Shown here one piece after another: positions 19,031 to 29,546 of a stretch of DNA of 64,000 nt. The position numbers and the translations under genes were made by a program. The first letter of the stretch is position 1. Every line of letters begins with the position of its first letter. Below the pieces are notes generated by a model. That model saw nothing but the letters and a program-made list of their open reading frames with translations. It ran no database searches and was not told where the DNA came from. Source of the DNA: Patescibacteria group bacterium (GTDB taxonomy: Bacteria; Patescibacteriota; Microgenomatia; CAYGWK01); contig JBMORX010000001.1 of the NCBI GenBank assembly GCA_049322615.1, positions 6,715 to 70,714 on the forward strand, in the 5' to 3' direction.

Positions 19031-19502
19031 TTTCTCCTCCCTCTGGTTTTGGCTCTTCCCTAACTACAGTGGTTACTCCAACTGGCGCAACCACTCCAGA
19101 TTTTTTCGTCCCGTAGCGAGAACGACCTTTTTTGCGACCCAAAACTCCGGTCGTGTCGTATTTGCCCCTAACGATATGATATTTAACTCCAGGCAAATCC
19201 TTAACTCTACCGCCCCGAACTAAAACAATCGAGTGTTCTGCTAACTCATGACCAATTCCGGGAATATAAGCGGTTACTTCTTGCTTGTTCGAAAGCCTAA
19301 CCCGGGCAACCTTGCGAAGAGCGGAATTTGGTTTCTTGGGAGTCACGGTTTTCACCAGAAGGACGACTCCCTTCTTAAAAGGGCTTTTGAGTTCTTTCAT
19401 TCGTCTTTGCCTGGCATTAAAATATCTCCGCAAAGCTCCAGCCCGAAATTTCTTTTTAATTTTTTTTCTGCCTTTTCTTGTAAGTTGGAATATTGTTGGC
19501 AT
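19008..19502 (-). CDS. rpsL: 30S ribosomal protein S12 with a C-terminal extension overlapping the rpsG start
   Basis: [13 protein letters not shown] ... [12 protein letters not shown], the S12 core; the ~25-aa tail is unusual. Confidence 0.95.
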   Translation of the reverse strand: MPTIFQLTRKGRKKIKKKFRAGALRRYFNARQRRMKELKSPFKKGVVLLVKTVTPKKPNSALRKVARVRLSNKQEVTAYIPGIGHELAEHSIVLVRGGRVKDLPGVKYHIVRGKYDTTGVLGRKKGRSRYGTKKSGVVAPVGVTTVVREEPKPEGGENATAQES

Positions 19503-19609
19503 AATTTAAGTAGGGGTAATAGTCATTAGTAACTCGTTATTAGTAAATTACTAATTACTAATAACATAAAACTTCTACTTTCTACTCTCAATTCTATCAC
19601 AATTTAGGT

Positions 19610-22600
19610 TCACTTTTCAACCTTTGCCCTCTCTGAAAGAACAGGAATGAGCCTACCAATAATCACATTTTCTTTAAGCCCCAAAAGCTTATCTTCTTTA
19701 CCTGAAACCGCCGCATCAGCTAAAACATTAGTCGTTTCCTGAAACGAGGCGGCTGAGAGCCAAGATTCGGTATTAATTGCCGTTCTGATTAGTCCCAGGA
19801 TAGCGATCTGGGCAGTCGCCGGCTTGCCACCTTCTTTTTTAACTTGGGCATTTTCTTCCTCAAGGCGAACTTTATCCACTAATTCCCCGGGAAGTAGGGT
19901 GGTGTCTCCAGAAGTAGTTACTCTTACCTTCTCGCTCATTTTCCTAACAATTACCTCAAAATGTTTATCGTGAATCGGGATTCCTTGAGACTCATAAACA
20001 CTTTGAACTTCAGAAATCAAATATTCTTGGGCAGTCTTAAGCCCGCGAACTTCCAATATTTCCCTAACATCCAAAGCTCCCGAAGCAAGTTGGGTGCCAG
20101 CGGAAACTAACTCGCCATCAGAAACCCAAAGAGTTGAAGTTAGGGGAACAAGATATTCTCTCTCCTCGGCTGGTTTTACGCCAACACTTTTAATCCTAAC
20201 TCTAAAACCCTCCTCAGTCTCGCTAACAGAAACTTTACCGGAAATTTCTGCCAAAGGCGAAAGGGTTTTAGGAATCCTTATCTCAAGTAATTCTTCAACC
20301 CGAGGAAGACCTTGGGTGACATCCAAGCCAACTACTCCCCCGGCATGTTTCGTTTTTAGAGTTAACTGGGTTCCTGGCTCACCAATTGATTGGGCAGCAA
20401 TTACCCCAACTGGCGTTCCCACCTCCACCATTTTTTTATTAGAAAAATCCCAACCATAACAGGTACTGCAGACTCCATAGCGAGTTTTACAAGTCAGGGG
20501 TGAACGAACCATAACTTTCTCAATCTTGTGATTCTCCAACAGAGAAATATTTTCCTCAGTTATTTCTTCGCCTTTCTTCAAAATTACTTTTTTGCTCTTT
20601 GGGTCTTTTAAGTCTCTGCCTAGAATCCGTCCCAAGACTCGAATCGAAAACATTTTTTCCCTTGGACCCTTTCTTCCAATCTCAATTCCCTCGTCTGTGC
20701 CACAATCTTTCTCCCGAACGAGACAATCGTGAGCGACATCAACCAGCCTCCGGGTTAAATAACCTGCATCTGAGGTTTTAATCGCCGTATCAGTTAGCCC
20801 CTTTCTTGAGCCCCGAGCCGAGGTAACGTATTCAAAAACCGACAAACCTTCTCTAAAGTTTGATTTTGTTGGCAAATCGACAATTCTTCCTAGGGGATCA
20901 ACCACTAACCCCCTCATGGCAGACAACTGCTTAATTTGATCTCGGGAGGCTTTTGTTCCTCCAGAATCAACTAAAAGTCTAACCGAAGAATCAGGAGGCA
21001 AGGCTTCCCAGGTTATATCAGCCACTCTTTCGGTTATCTCCATCCAAACTTCTCGAACTAGACGTTTTTTTTCTTCAACCGTAATTAAACCCTGTTTATA
21101 ATTTTCTTCAATCTCCGCCGCTCTTTTGTCTCCTTCTTTAATAATCTTTTCTTTTTCCGAAACCAAAACACAGTCAAAAAGGGAAACTGAAATAGCCGAA
21201 ATGGTGGCAAAATAGAATCCCACATCTTTAAGATTATCAATGAGAGTGGTAACTTCCTCACTTGAACAAATCTGGAGGGCTTTAGTAACAAGAGTCTTAA
21301 TCGTTCCATACTGGACCGTCTCATTAATAAACCGTAAGCCCAAAGGTAGTATCTCATTGAAAATAACTCTCCCAACAGTGGTCTCAATTAATTCTTTATC
21401 CATGGCAATCAAAACCATCTCCCGAAGCCCAATTTTTCCTGCTTGATAGGCAAAAACTGCCTCCTTGGTACTTAAGAAAACCTGTCTTTTCCCTTCCTCT
21501 TTTTGATTGCCGCCTACTGAAGTCAGATAATAAATTCCAACCACCATGTCTTTATTAGGAACGGCAATGGGTGATCCATCGGCTGGTTTAAGTAAATTTT
21601 TATCGGGCATCATCAGGGTTACTGCTTCTTCTTTTGCTTGGGAGGATAAAGGAACATGAACTGCCATTTGGTCTCCGTCGAAGTCAGCATTATAGCCAGC
21701 GCAAACGCAGGGGTGAATCTGGATAGCATTTCCCTCAATTAAAATTGGATAAAAGGCTTGAATCCCAAGTTTATGGAGAGTCGGTGCCCGGTTGAGTAAC
21801 ACCGGATGAGCACGAGTTATCTCTTCTAAAATATCAAAAACTTCAGGTGGACGGTGTTCAAGCATATTTTTCGCCGATCTTACATTTGGGGCAATTCCCC
21901 TTAAAATCATCTCCCGAAGAACATAGGGCTTAAACATCTCCAAAGCCATTTCTTTAGGTAATCCGCACTGAGTGAGTTTTAATTCCGGACCAACGACAAT
22001 AACACTTCTGCCTGAGTAGTCAACCCGTTTACCTAAAAGATTTTGTCTAAACCTTCCCTGTTTACCTCTCAACATATCAGAAAGAGATCGCAAGGGTTGG
22101 GTTAGCCTTCTCCTTTCTTTGGTCCCCCTGCTTGAGGAGTCGATTAGAGCGTCAACTGCCTCTTGAAGCATTCTTTTCTCATTCCGAAGGATAATTTCCG
22201 GAGCTCCCAAATCAATAAGATGCTTTAGTCTGTTGTTTCGATTTATAACCCGACGGTACAGATCATTTAAATCAGAAGTGGCAAATCTTCCACCCGAAAG
22301 CTGGACCATTGGGCGAAGATCCGGGGGAATAACTGGTAAAACCTTAAGTATCATCCAAGAGGGAGAAATTTCCGCCTTTTTCATTCCTTCGATAAGCCGA
22401 AGTCTCTTGGCTGCCTTAAGATGACGCTGTCCAGAAGTTCTAGCCACTTCTTCTCGAAGTTTGCCTACGAGAAAATTAAGGTCAAGATTTGAGATTGCCT
22501 CATCTAAGGCTTCTGCGCCCATCCCAACTTTGAAAAAAGAAGCGGCGTCGTATTGACCAAGTTTTAGGTATTCGTCTTCCGTTAATAAACTTAAATTTCG

Positions 22601-23317
22601 CAGTAGGCGAACTTTTTCAATCAAATTTTGATAAATTTCCCGGCACCTTCCCTCTTCTAAAATTTGCTCATCTCTGATATTTTGAATTTCTTGCTTAGCT
22701 TTTAAATCAAGCTCCCGAAGAGCAAGGGCGCAAGATTCCTTATTTTTAATTTTTTTCTGGGAATTCTTTTTTTCTTTTTCAGTCTCTTTTTTAACTTGTT
22801 TTTCCTTTTCCTCGGCTTCCTTCTTAATCTCCTTAAGTTTTCCTTCAAGTCCTTTTTCCAACCGTAAAACAGCCTCTTTCTTCCCTTTCTGATCAATTTC
22901 ACTGACAAGATATTGAGCAAAATAAACAACTTGTTCTAAAGCTCTTGGGGTTATGTCTAAAATTAAAGAAAGCTTAGAGGGAGCACCCTTGAAAAACCAA
23001 ACGTGAGCACAGGACGCGGCCAGGGTAATATGCCCCATCCTTTCTCTGCGAACGCGTGACTGGGTAACCTCAACTCCACATTTATCACAAATAATTCCTC
23101 GGTATCTTATTCTTTTATATTTTCCACAGTAGCATTCCCAATCTTTAGTTGGACCAAAAATTCTTTCGCAGAAAAGTCCATCTTTTTCTGGACGAAGAGT
23201 CCTGTAATTTATTGTCTCTGGTTTTGTCACCTCACCTTTTGACCACGATTTTATTTCCTCGGGTGAAGCGAGGGCAATTTTAAGTCCTGAAAAATCAATA
23301 ATATTTTTAAGTTCCAT
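19610..23317 (-). CDS. rpoC: DNA-directed RNA polymerase subunit beta'
   Basis: Zinc finger CxxC...CxxC in the N-terminus and NADFDGDQMAVH catalytic motif; 1235 aa. Confidence 0.97.
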   Translation of the reverse strand: MELKNIIDFSGLKIALASPEEIKSWSKGEVTKPETINYRTLRPEKDGLFCERIFGPTKDWECYCGKYKRIRYRGIICDKCGVEVTQSRVRRERMGHITLAASCAHVWFFKGAPSKLSLILDITPRALEQVVYFAQYLVSEIDQKGKKEAVLRLEKGLEGKLKEIKKEAEEKEKQVKKETEKEKKNSQKKIKNKESCALALRELDLKAKQEIQNIRDEQILEEGRCREIYQNLIEKVRLLRNLSLLTEDEYLKLGQYDAASFFKVGMGAEALDEAISNLDLNFLVGKLREEVARTSGQRHLKAAKRLRLIEGMKKAEISPSWMILKVLPVIPPDLRPMVQLSGGRFATSDLNDLYRRVINRNNRLKHLIDLGAPEIILRNEKRMLQEAVDALIDSSSRGTKERRRLTQPLRSLSDMLRGKQGRFRQNLLGKRVDYSGRSVIVVGPELKLTQCGLPKEMALEMFKPYVLREMILRGIAPNVRSAKNMLEHRPPEVFDILEEITRAHPVLLNRAPTLHKLGIQAFYPILIEGNAIQIHPCVCAGYNADFDGDQMAVHVPLSSQAKEEAVTLMMPDKNLLKPADGSPIAVPNKDMVVGIYYLTSVGGNQKEEGKRQVFLSTKEAVFAYQAGKIGLREMVLIAMDKELIETTVGRVIFNEILPLGLRFINETVQYGTIKTLVTKALQICSSEEVTTLIDNLKDVGFYFATISAISVSLFDCVLVSEKEKIIKEGDKRAAEIEENYKQGLITVEEKKRLVREVWMEITERVADITWEALPPDSSVRLLVDSGGTKASRDQIKQLSAMRGLVVDPLGRIVDLPTKSNFREGLSVFEYVTSARGSRKGLTDTAIKTSDAGYLTRRLVDVAHDCLVREKDCGTDEGIEIGRKGPREKMFSIRVLGRILGRDLKDPKSKKVILKKGEEITEENISLLENHKIEKVMVRSPLTCKTRYGVCSTCYGWDFSNKKMVEVGTPVGVIAAQSIGEPGTQLTLKTKHAGGVVGLDVTQGLPRVEELLEIRIPKTLSPLAEISGKVSVSETEEGFRVRIKSVGVKPAEEREYLVPLTSTLWVSDGELVSAGTQLASGALDVREILEVRGLKTAQEYLISEVQSVYESQGIPIHDKHFEVIVRKMSEKVRVTTSGDTTLLPGELVDKVRLEEENAQVKKEGGKPATAQIAILGLIRTAINTESWLSAASFQETTNVLADAAVSGKEDKLLGLKENVIIGRLIPVLSERAKVEK

Positions 23318-26300
23318 TTCCAGTTTTTACTATTTCTACCTCCTCAGGCATTTCAACTGTTTCCAGTCCTTTCCCTTCAGCAATAATTTCTGCTCCAGCT
23401 GCTTGAGCTAATTCCTCTGCCTCTTTTAATGTTTTCTCCTCCTCGGGTTTCTCTTCTACTTTAGCCTCAACTACTCCGGTTGAGATAACTGATAGAGAAA
23501 GACTTGCCAACTCTTTGACCAAGACTTTAAATGACTCCGGAATGCTTGCTTGGGGAATATCCGTACCCTTAACAATCGCCTCAAAAGCCCTTCCTCTGCC
23601 AATGACATCATCTGACTTTATGGTCAACATTTCCTGGAGAGTATAGGCAGCCCGATGAGACTCTAGGGCCCAAACTTCCATTTCTCCTAATCTTTGTCCA
23701 CCCATTTGGGCTTTTCCCCCAAGGGGCTGCTGGGTCACCAGTGAATAAGGACCGGTTGAGCGAGCATGGGTTTTGTCCTCAACCATATGAATTAGTTTCA
23801 TAATATAAGCGATTCCAACCACTACTTTTTGATCAAGGGGCTCGCCTGTTTTACCGTCAAAAAGAATTGTTTTTCCATCAATTGGCAAACCGGCATTTTT
23901 AAGTTCCTGAATAATTTTTTCCTCGGAAATCTTTTCAAAGACAGGGATGGCAAATGATTTTCCTTGTTTTTGAGCGGCAATGCCTAGATGCGCTTCAAGT
24001 AATTGTCCCAGGTTCATTCTTGCCAAGACGGAAAGAGGAGAAATAATGATGTCAACCGGAGTTCCGTCTGGAAGATAAGGCATATCAGCCTGGGGAATAA
24101 TTTTTGAAATCACTCCTTTATTGCCATGGCGTCCAGCCAGTTTATCGCCGACAACGACCTTCCTTATTTGGGCGACTTTAACAATTACCTTTTTATTAGC
24201 TCCTGGTTCAAGCTCGTCTCCCTTTTCTTTGTCCAAAATGGAAACATCAATGACAATTCCTCTCTCGCCGTGGGGCATCCTAAGTGAAGTATCCCGAACT
24301 TCCCGAGCTTTTTCTCCAAAAATTGCCCGCAGAAGCCTTTCTTCAGCCGTTAACTCTGTTTCTCCTTTGGGAGCAATTTTACCCACCAGAATGTCGTTTG
24401 GACCAACCTCTGAACCGACAACCACAATTCCATCAGAGGCAAGGTGAGCCAGATCCTGTTCAGCCACATTGGGAATATCCCGAGTCAGCTCTTCTGGTCC
24501 AAGCTTAGTATCAACCACTAATGCTTCGTGTTCTTCAATTGTAATTGAGGTCAAAATATCTTCGCGAACAAGTCTCTCGGAAATAACCACTGCATCCTCA
24601 TAACCTAAACCCTCAAAAGAACAATAAGCAATAAGTAAATTCTGACCAAGAGCAATCTCGCCGTTGTCTATAGCTGGACCATCAGCCAGAAGATCTCCCT
24701 TTTTAACATTTTCGCCAACGGAAACTTTTGGTCTTTGGGAATAACAAGTTGAGCCAGGATTTGTCCGGACAAATTTGGTCAAAAAATAAATTTCGTTCCC
24801 TCCCTCAATCTTAATATTTTCTTCAAGATTTTCCTCATTTTTTGGCTTCTGGTTAAGCCTAACAATGATTTTTTCTCCATCAACGAAAATAATCTTTCCG
24901 TCGTGTCGAGCCCGAACCATTCTTCCCATTGCCCCAGCAACCAGGAACTCCATTCCTGTCCCCACCGTTGGAGCTTTGGGTTTAACTAAAGGTACTGCCT
25001 GACATTGCATAATAGTTCCCATTAAAGCTCGGTTTGCTTCATCGTGAGAAAGGAAGGGAATCAAAGAGGCAGAGGTACCAACAATTTGTCTTGGCAAAAG
25101 ATCAATAAAAGAAACAAGTTCTGCCGGTCCTTCTAAAAATTCACCCTTATACCTTACTGGAACCCAGGGATCGGAGATAAAACCATCTTTATCAATGGCA
25201 ACCCCCGCGTGGGTAATATAATATTCTTCTTCGTCATCTGCTTGAAGATAGATAACCTCATCAGTAACCCGCATTCTAGTTTTGCCACCAATTGTTACTT
25301 TCTCCACTTTTCTATACGGTGTTTCCAAAAATCCATATTCATTAATCCGAGCATACAAAGCCATATAAGTGATAAGTCCGATATTCGGTCCTTCAGGCGA
25401 ACGAATCGGACATATTCGACCATACTGGGAGGAATTTATATCTCGAATTGAAAATGAAGCTCTCTCTCTGGTTATTCCTCCTGGACCCATCACCGAAAGT
25501 CTTCTTAAATTATCTATCTCAGATAGGGGATTTGTTTGGTCTAAAATTGTTGAAAGTTGATTTGAACGATAAAATTCATTGATTGAAGAGATAATCGGTC
25601 TAGCGTTAACTAGCATCATGGGGGTCACCTGTTCCTCGGTTCCCACCAAACTCATTTTTTCTCTAACTGCCCTCTCTAGCCGCAAAAGTCCGGGTCTAAA
25701 GGCAGCTTGACAGACTAATTCTCCAACCCGTTTGACCCGACGATTTGCCAAGTGATCAATATCATCAGTCCAACCTTCTCCGCTTTGTAAGCTCATAAGA
25801 TAAGAAGTGGTTGCTAAAACATCCTCGGGTTTTAAAACCCAGTTTTCTTGAGTGTTAGGAATAGATAAGCCGAGGCGTTTATTCAGTTTATAGCGACCAA
25901 CCCGACCTAAATCATACCTTCGGGGATTAAAAAACATATTAAAGATGAGCTCCTGAGCATTTTCCAAAATGGCTGGCTCACCTGGTCGCATTTTTCGATA
26001 AAGTTCGATTAAAGCTTCTTCTCGAGTTTTGCTGGGATCTCGCTCCAGGGTGGCGGTAATAAACGCCCCAAAAGGCTGCTCCTTTTTGGCAAAACGGGAA
26101 AGAATTTCTTCATCAGAACCTATCCCTATCGCCCGCAAGAGGGTGGTAACGGCAAATTTTCTTTTTCTGTCAATTCGAACCGAAATAACATCATTTCGGT
26201 TGACAAAGAATTCAAGCCAAGAACCACGAATGGGTCTAATCTCAGCCATGTAGAGCATTCGCCCGGTAACCGGATCTATATCACCAGTAAAATAAACTCC

Positions 26301-26714
26301 AGGTGAACGAACAATCTGATTGACAACTGCTCTATCAATTCCATTAATAACAAAGGTGCTCTCGGTCGTCATTTGGGGAATATCGCCAAGAAAAACTTCT
26401 TGGGTTGTTTTCTTTCCGGTCTGTTTATTAATCAGGGTTGCCTGAACTTTTAGGGGAACATCGTAGGTTAGACCCTTAATCCTTGCTTCACTTGGGGTTC
26501 TTGAGGGCTTACCAAAGGAGTGTTTACCAAATTCCAAAATCCAGTTTTTACCGGTAAAATCCTCAATTGGAGAGATTTCCGCTAAAACTTGGGCAATTCC
26601 TTCTTCTAAAAACCATTGCCAGGACTCTCGCTGGACGTAAGATAAGTCAAGCAATGGTAAGTTGGGGTAGGTTTTACCCCAAAAAAGCCGAGGAGGGGTC
26701 TTTTTATTTGGCAT
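23307..26714 (-). CDS. rpoB: DNA-directed RNA polymerase subunit beta
   Basis: Conserved beta-subunit blocks (e.g. GDKLAGRHGNKGVISKI); 1135 aa. Confidence 0.97.
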   Translation of the reverse strand: MPNKKTPPRLFWGKTYPNLPLLDLSYVQRESWQWFLEEGIAQVLAEISPIEDFTGKNWILEFGKHSFGKPSRTPSEARIKGLTYDVPLKVQATLINKQTGKKTTQEVFLGDIPQMTTESTFVINGIDRAVVNQIVRSPGVYFTGDIDPVTGRMLYMAEIRPIRGSWLEFFVNRNDVISVRIDRKRKFAVTTLLRAIGIGSDEEILSRFAKKEQPFGAFITATLERDPSKTREEALIELYRKMRPGEPAILENAQELIFNMFFNPRRYDLGRVGRYKLNKRLGLSIPNTQENWVLKPEDVLATTSYLMSLQSGEGWTDDIDHLANRRVKRVGELVCQAAFRPGLLRLERAVREKMSLVGTEEQVTPMMLVNARPIISSINEFYRSNQLSTILDQTNPLSEIDNLRRLSVMGPGGITRERASFSIRDINSSQYGRICPIRSPEGPNIGLITYMALYARINEYGFLETPYRKVEKVTIGGKTRMRVTDEVIYLQADDEEEYYITHAGVAIDKDGFISDPWVPVRYKGEFLEGPAELVSFIDLLPRQIVGTSASLIPFLSHDEANRALMGTIMQCQAVPLVKPKAPTVGTGMEFLVAGAMGRMVRARHDGKIIFVDGEKIIVRLNQKPKNEENLEENIKIEGGNEIYFLTKFVRTNPGSTCYSQRPKVSVGENVKKGDLLADGPAIDNGEIALGQNLLIAYCSFEGLGYEDAVVISERLVREDILTSITIEEHEALVVDTKLGPEELTRDIPNVAEQDLAHLASDGIVVVGSEVGPNDILVGKIAPKGETELTAEERLLRAIFGEKAREVRDTSLRMPHGERGIVIDVSILDKEKGDELEPGANKKVIVKVAQIRKVVVGDKLAGRHGNKGVISKIIPQADMPYLPDGTPVDIIISPLSVLARMNLGQLLEAHLGIAAQKQGKSFAIPVFEKISEEKIIQELKNAGLPIDGKTILFDGKTGEPLDQKVVVGIAYIMKLIHMVEDKTHARSTGPYSLVTQQPLGGKAQMGGQRLGEMEVWALESHRAAYTLQEMLTIKSDDVIGRGRAFEAIVKGTDIPQASIPESFKVLVKELASLSLSVISTGVVEAKVEEKPEEEKTLKEAEELAQAAGAEIIAEGKGLETVEMPEEVEIVKTGNGT

Positions 26715-26808
26715 TATTTTTTGAACGACAAAAATTGGCGTATGCCATAATACGCCTATCAGAAAATAGACTTATACTATAAATAACATATTTTTTTCTT
26801 TTTGTCAA

Positions 26809-26912
26809 GCCCTGAACCAGAATGAAATTCGGTTCAGGGCGCAGACCCCGTATACTCGCCCCTCGGAGGCGAGGACGTAGACCTCGCGACGAGGTAAGAG
26901 TTATACGGGGTC
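26809..26912. other. GC-rich multi-hairpin element between divergent promoters of rpoB and the 26971 gene
   Basis: A perfect 10-bp-stem hairpin gccctgaacc-N12-ggttcagggc, then an 11-bp closing stem gaccccgtata...tatacggggtc enclosing two hairpins (ctcgcc-cctcgga-ggcgag and acctcg-cga-cgaggt). Confidence 0.6.
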
Positions 26913-26970
26913 AAGGGGTAAATTTCTTTCTTCTTGACAGCATTCCGAAAATCGATTAGTATTAAAAAAG

Positions 26971-27531
26971 ATGAAAAAAATAATTCTCGTTTTTCTTTTG
27001 GGATTTTTGCTTTTCCCCTCTTATGTTTTAGCCAAACCTCCTTCTTGGACAACTCCACCTAATAAACCAGAAGTCACAAGACCAGTTATTACCAGGGTGC
27101 CTCTCCCAACCAAAAAGGCAGAAATAAAAGCAAGACTTACGGAGAAACGTCAACAATTTATTCGTCAGTTTTTTAATCAAATGGTCAAACGGCTTGAGGC
27201 GGCGATTGCCCGATTAGAAAAGTTAATCTCCAGAATTGAATCAAGACTGGCAAAACTTGAAAGCCAGGGCGAAGATGTCTCAAAAATTAAAACCGAGGTT
27301 GCCGATGCCAAAACAAAACTCGCCAAAGCAAAGGCTGATTTGGAAAAAGCTAAGAATAAACTGGAAACAGTTCTTGCAAGCGATGATCCCAAGGCTGCTT
27401 TTGGGGAAGTTCGAACTTTAATCAAGGGGGTTAAAAGCCAACTAATTGAGGTTCACCGAATTCTAGTTCATGTCATTGGCGATATTAAAGGCTTAAGAGT
27501 CGGTCAGATTACGCCTACACCAACAATATGA
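26971..27531 (+). CDS. hypothetical secreted coiled-coil protein (signal peptide MKKIILVFLLGFLLFPSYVLA)
   Basis: N-terminal signal peptide, then heptad-rich K/E/A sequence. Confidence 0.6.
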   Translation: MKKIILVFLLGFLLFPSYVLAKPPSWTTPPNKPEVTRPVITRVPLPTKKAEIKARLTEKRQQFIRQFFNQMVKRLEAAIARLEKLISRIESRLAKLESQGEDVSKIKTEVADAKTKLAKAKADLEKAKNKLETVLASDDPKAAFGEVRTLIKGVKSQLIEVHRILVHVIGDIKGLRVGQITPTPTI

Positions 27532-27773
27532 AACTGAAAAAAGAAAACTCATTTTTAATTTTACTGGCAGCGGCTATCCTTTTAATAGGGATGGTGGGAA
27601 TTTATCTTAGCAAAAAACCACCAGCTCGAGTTAAAGACACCCAAACCCAAAAACTTCAAATCCAACAAAAATCTGATGAAACCTCCTCAATCGAGCAAGA
27701 TCTAAAGGCAACCGATTTCTCCGGACTTGACAAGGAGCTTGAAGATATCGAAGCCGAACTCTCGGGAATTTAA
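27528..27773 (+). CDS. small membrane-anchored hypothetical protein
   Basis: Single TM (FLILLAAAILLIGMVGIYL); 4-nt overlap with the upstream gene suggests co-translation. Confidence 0.45.
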   Translation: MKLKKENSFLILLAAAILLIGMVGIYLSKKPPARVKDTQTQKLQIQQKSDETSSIEQDLKATDFSGLDKELEDIEAELSGI

Positions 27774-27781
27774 CCTCACCA

Positions 27782-28150
27782 ATGGAAAATAATTCTCTAA
27801 TCTCTTCTTTTGGTTTTGCTTTCTCGGGAATTTGGCAGGCAGTCAAAAGAGAAAGAAACTTAAAAATTCACCTCTTGGCGGCAATCCTGGTAATCTTGGC
27901 GGGAATTTATTTCAAGATTTCCAGACTTGAGTGGCTGGTATTGGTCTTGACTATTTCTTTGGTTTTGACTGCCGAGATTTTTAACTCGGCCATCGAGGAG
28001 ATCTGCAACCTCTTAAAAGAGAAACTAAGTCTGGATTACGGCAAGACAACCCTTATTCGCAATCTTTCTGCGGGAGCAGTTCTAATTTTGGCTATTGGTT
28101 CGGTAATTTTAGGCTTAATTATTTTTCTTCCCCATCTACTTTCCCGCTAA
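27782..28150 (+). CDS. dgkA: prokaryotic diacylglycerol kinase / undecaprenol kinase family
   Basis: FAFSGIWQAVKRERNLKIH and LTAEIFNSAIEEICN match DgkA conserved segments; three TM helices; 122 aa. Confidence 0.75.
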   Translation: MENNSLISSFGFAFSGIWQAVKRERNLKIHLLAAILVILAGIYFKISRLEWLVLVLTISLVLTAEIFNSAIEEICNLLKEKLSLDYGKTTLIRNLSAGAVLILAIGSVILGLIIFLPHLLSR

Positions 28151-28465
28151 TTTCCTCACTAATTTTATTTGCCAGAGGAAAAATATCCCAGCCAAAATAG
28201 AGATTGCCCCCCAAATTAAAAACCCTAAATAACCTTTTGGATAAATAATTGAGTCTAAGAAAGCAAGAATTGCCAAACCTGTCGGCGATAAACCAGTTTC
28301 TAAAAGACCGAAGAAGGAAATTTTGTAAAACAAGGGGTGGAAAATCAGAAAAATTCCAAAAATCAAAAAACTACCTCCCAGAGCCGCCTTTACATAACAT
28401 AAAAACTCATACCAAAGATTTGGATATGGGTCAGAAAGTTTTAAAATTTTCCCTAACTTCCCCAT
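28136..28465 (-). CDS. hypothetical integral membrane protein
   Basis: Three to four hydrophobic helices; no recognisable family. Confidence 0.45.
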   Translation of the reverse strand: MGKLGKILKLSDPYPNLWYEFLCYVKAALGGSFLIFGIFLIFHPLFYKISFFGLLETGLSPTGLAILAFLDSIIYPKGYLGFLIWGAISILAGIFFLWQIKLVRKLAGK

Positions 28466-28470
28466 TTTCT

Positions 28471-29412
28471 CTATTTTACCACAAGCAAGAAATTTTTCGC
28501 GATTTTTGCTAAATCCCGCAAAAAGATTCTGACCGTAACCGGCCCAATTCCTCTAAATTCTAAAAGTTTTTTCTCTAACTCCCTTTGATTTTTTGATTGA
28601 CGAAGAAGGTTAGTCAGACTCTCATATTTAGTTTTAAGTTCTTGACAAATCTCTAAAAGTTTGGTGGCGGTCGAGAAATCGTATCTCACATAGTGCCCTC
28701 TATCCAAAACCTCAACTAATTTATCCCAACCGGCTTCTAAAATTTTTTCAGGAGTAAGCAGGTCTTCTTTTTGAAACTCAAAATAAGTTCTTTTAGCCAC
28801 CTCTTGCTGGATGGGCTTACCAAATAAAAGACAGGCTAAAAACCACTTAAAAATTTCCTTTTCCTTGCCCGATTTTAAATCAATACCCAACTGGTAAGAA
28901 TAAATTTTCTTTTTCCGAGGGGAAGCCTTCCGCAAACGAGATGAGGTTTTAATTAAAACATAGCGGGCTAAAGTTTCGGCGGCGATTGTCTGAAAAGAAA
29001 CCTTTTTGTTTTTATAAATCGCATGTCTTCGAGGCAACCAAGTTTTATGTGTTTTCCATAAAAGCACTAGCTGTTCTTCTGATAAATTTGCTTTAACCCA
29101 TTTTCTTGCAGACTTTCTAAGTTTATCAAATTTGTTATTAAATTCACTCAAAATTTGCTTTTCTGTCCTTAGTTGAGGATTAAGATATTTTTCTTTTATC
29201 TTTAACAAATTTATTGATTTTTCTTCCAAAAGAAGGTTAATTAACAGTTTAAATAATTGAAGTGGCGCTGTTTCTGGTAATTGATGAGAAATTAGATGGC
29301 GAAATTCTCTTAGATTTTCTGGAACCCTCCGATGATTAGGTAATCCCCGAAGTTTCAAGGCCATTTCCTTCTCGAATTGTTCTTTAATTTCTTTCCAATT
29401 TATCTTTCTCAC
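28471..29412 (-). CDS. hypothetical protein with a possible C-terminal helix-hairpin-helix motif (EFRGIGPVTVRIFLRDL)
   Basis: 313-aa ORF; the HhH-like GIG motif near the C-terminus is the only recognisable feature. Confidence 0.5.
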   Translation of the reverse strand: MRKINWKEIKEQFEKEMALKLRGLPNHRRVPENLREFRHLISHQLPETAPLQLFKLLINLLLEEKSINLLKIKEKYLNPQLRTEKQILSEFNNKFDKLRKSARKWVKANLSEEQLVLLWKTHKTWLPRRHAIYKNKKVSFQTIAAETLARYVLIKTSSRLRKASPRKKKIYSYQLGIDLKSGKEKEIFKWFLACLLFGKPIQQEVAKRTYFEFQKEDLLTPEKILEAGWDKLVEVLDRGHYVRYDFSTATKLLEICQELKTKYESLTNLLRQSKNQRELEKKLLEFRGIGPVTVRIFLRDLAKIAKNFLLVVK

Positions 29413-29520
29413 AATTTCATTTTAGCAAATCCAGGAAGAAACTTTATTATAGAACAGAGCGGGTATCCTTATTCCAATATTCTCAAGAGTTCGAGAATGT
29501 TTTTGAGAATGTTTGGAGAA

Positions 29521-29546
29521 TATATCATATATCGATATATGATATA
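29521..29546. promoter_or_regulatory. perfect 26-bp palindrome TATATCATATATCGATATATGATATA, with 12-bp tandem repeats (gagaatgttt x2.5) just upstream, in the leader of the 28471..29412 gene
   Basis: Reverse complement is identical; contains TGATATAT extended -10-like hexamers in both directions. Confidence 0.5.

Noticed and set aside
19610-26714. Numerous 60-120-aa plus-strand ORFs inside rpoC and rpoB (e.g. 20094..20459, 24121..24447, 25209..25451)
   Set aside because: They are antisense to very well-supported long CDSs, have no start-site signals and show low-complexity translations; typical shadow ORFs.
26834-27058. 74-aa minus-strand ORF overlapping the GC-rich multi-hairpin element and the start of the 26971 gene
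   Set aside because: Its reading frame runs through perfectly palindromic hairpins and across a divergent promoter region; almost certainly non-coding.
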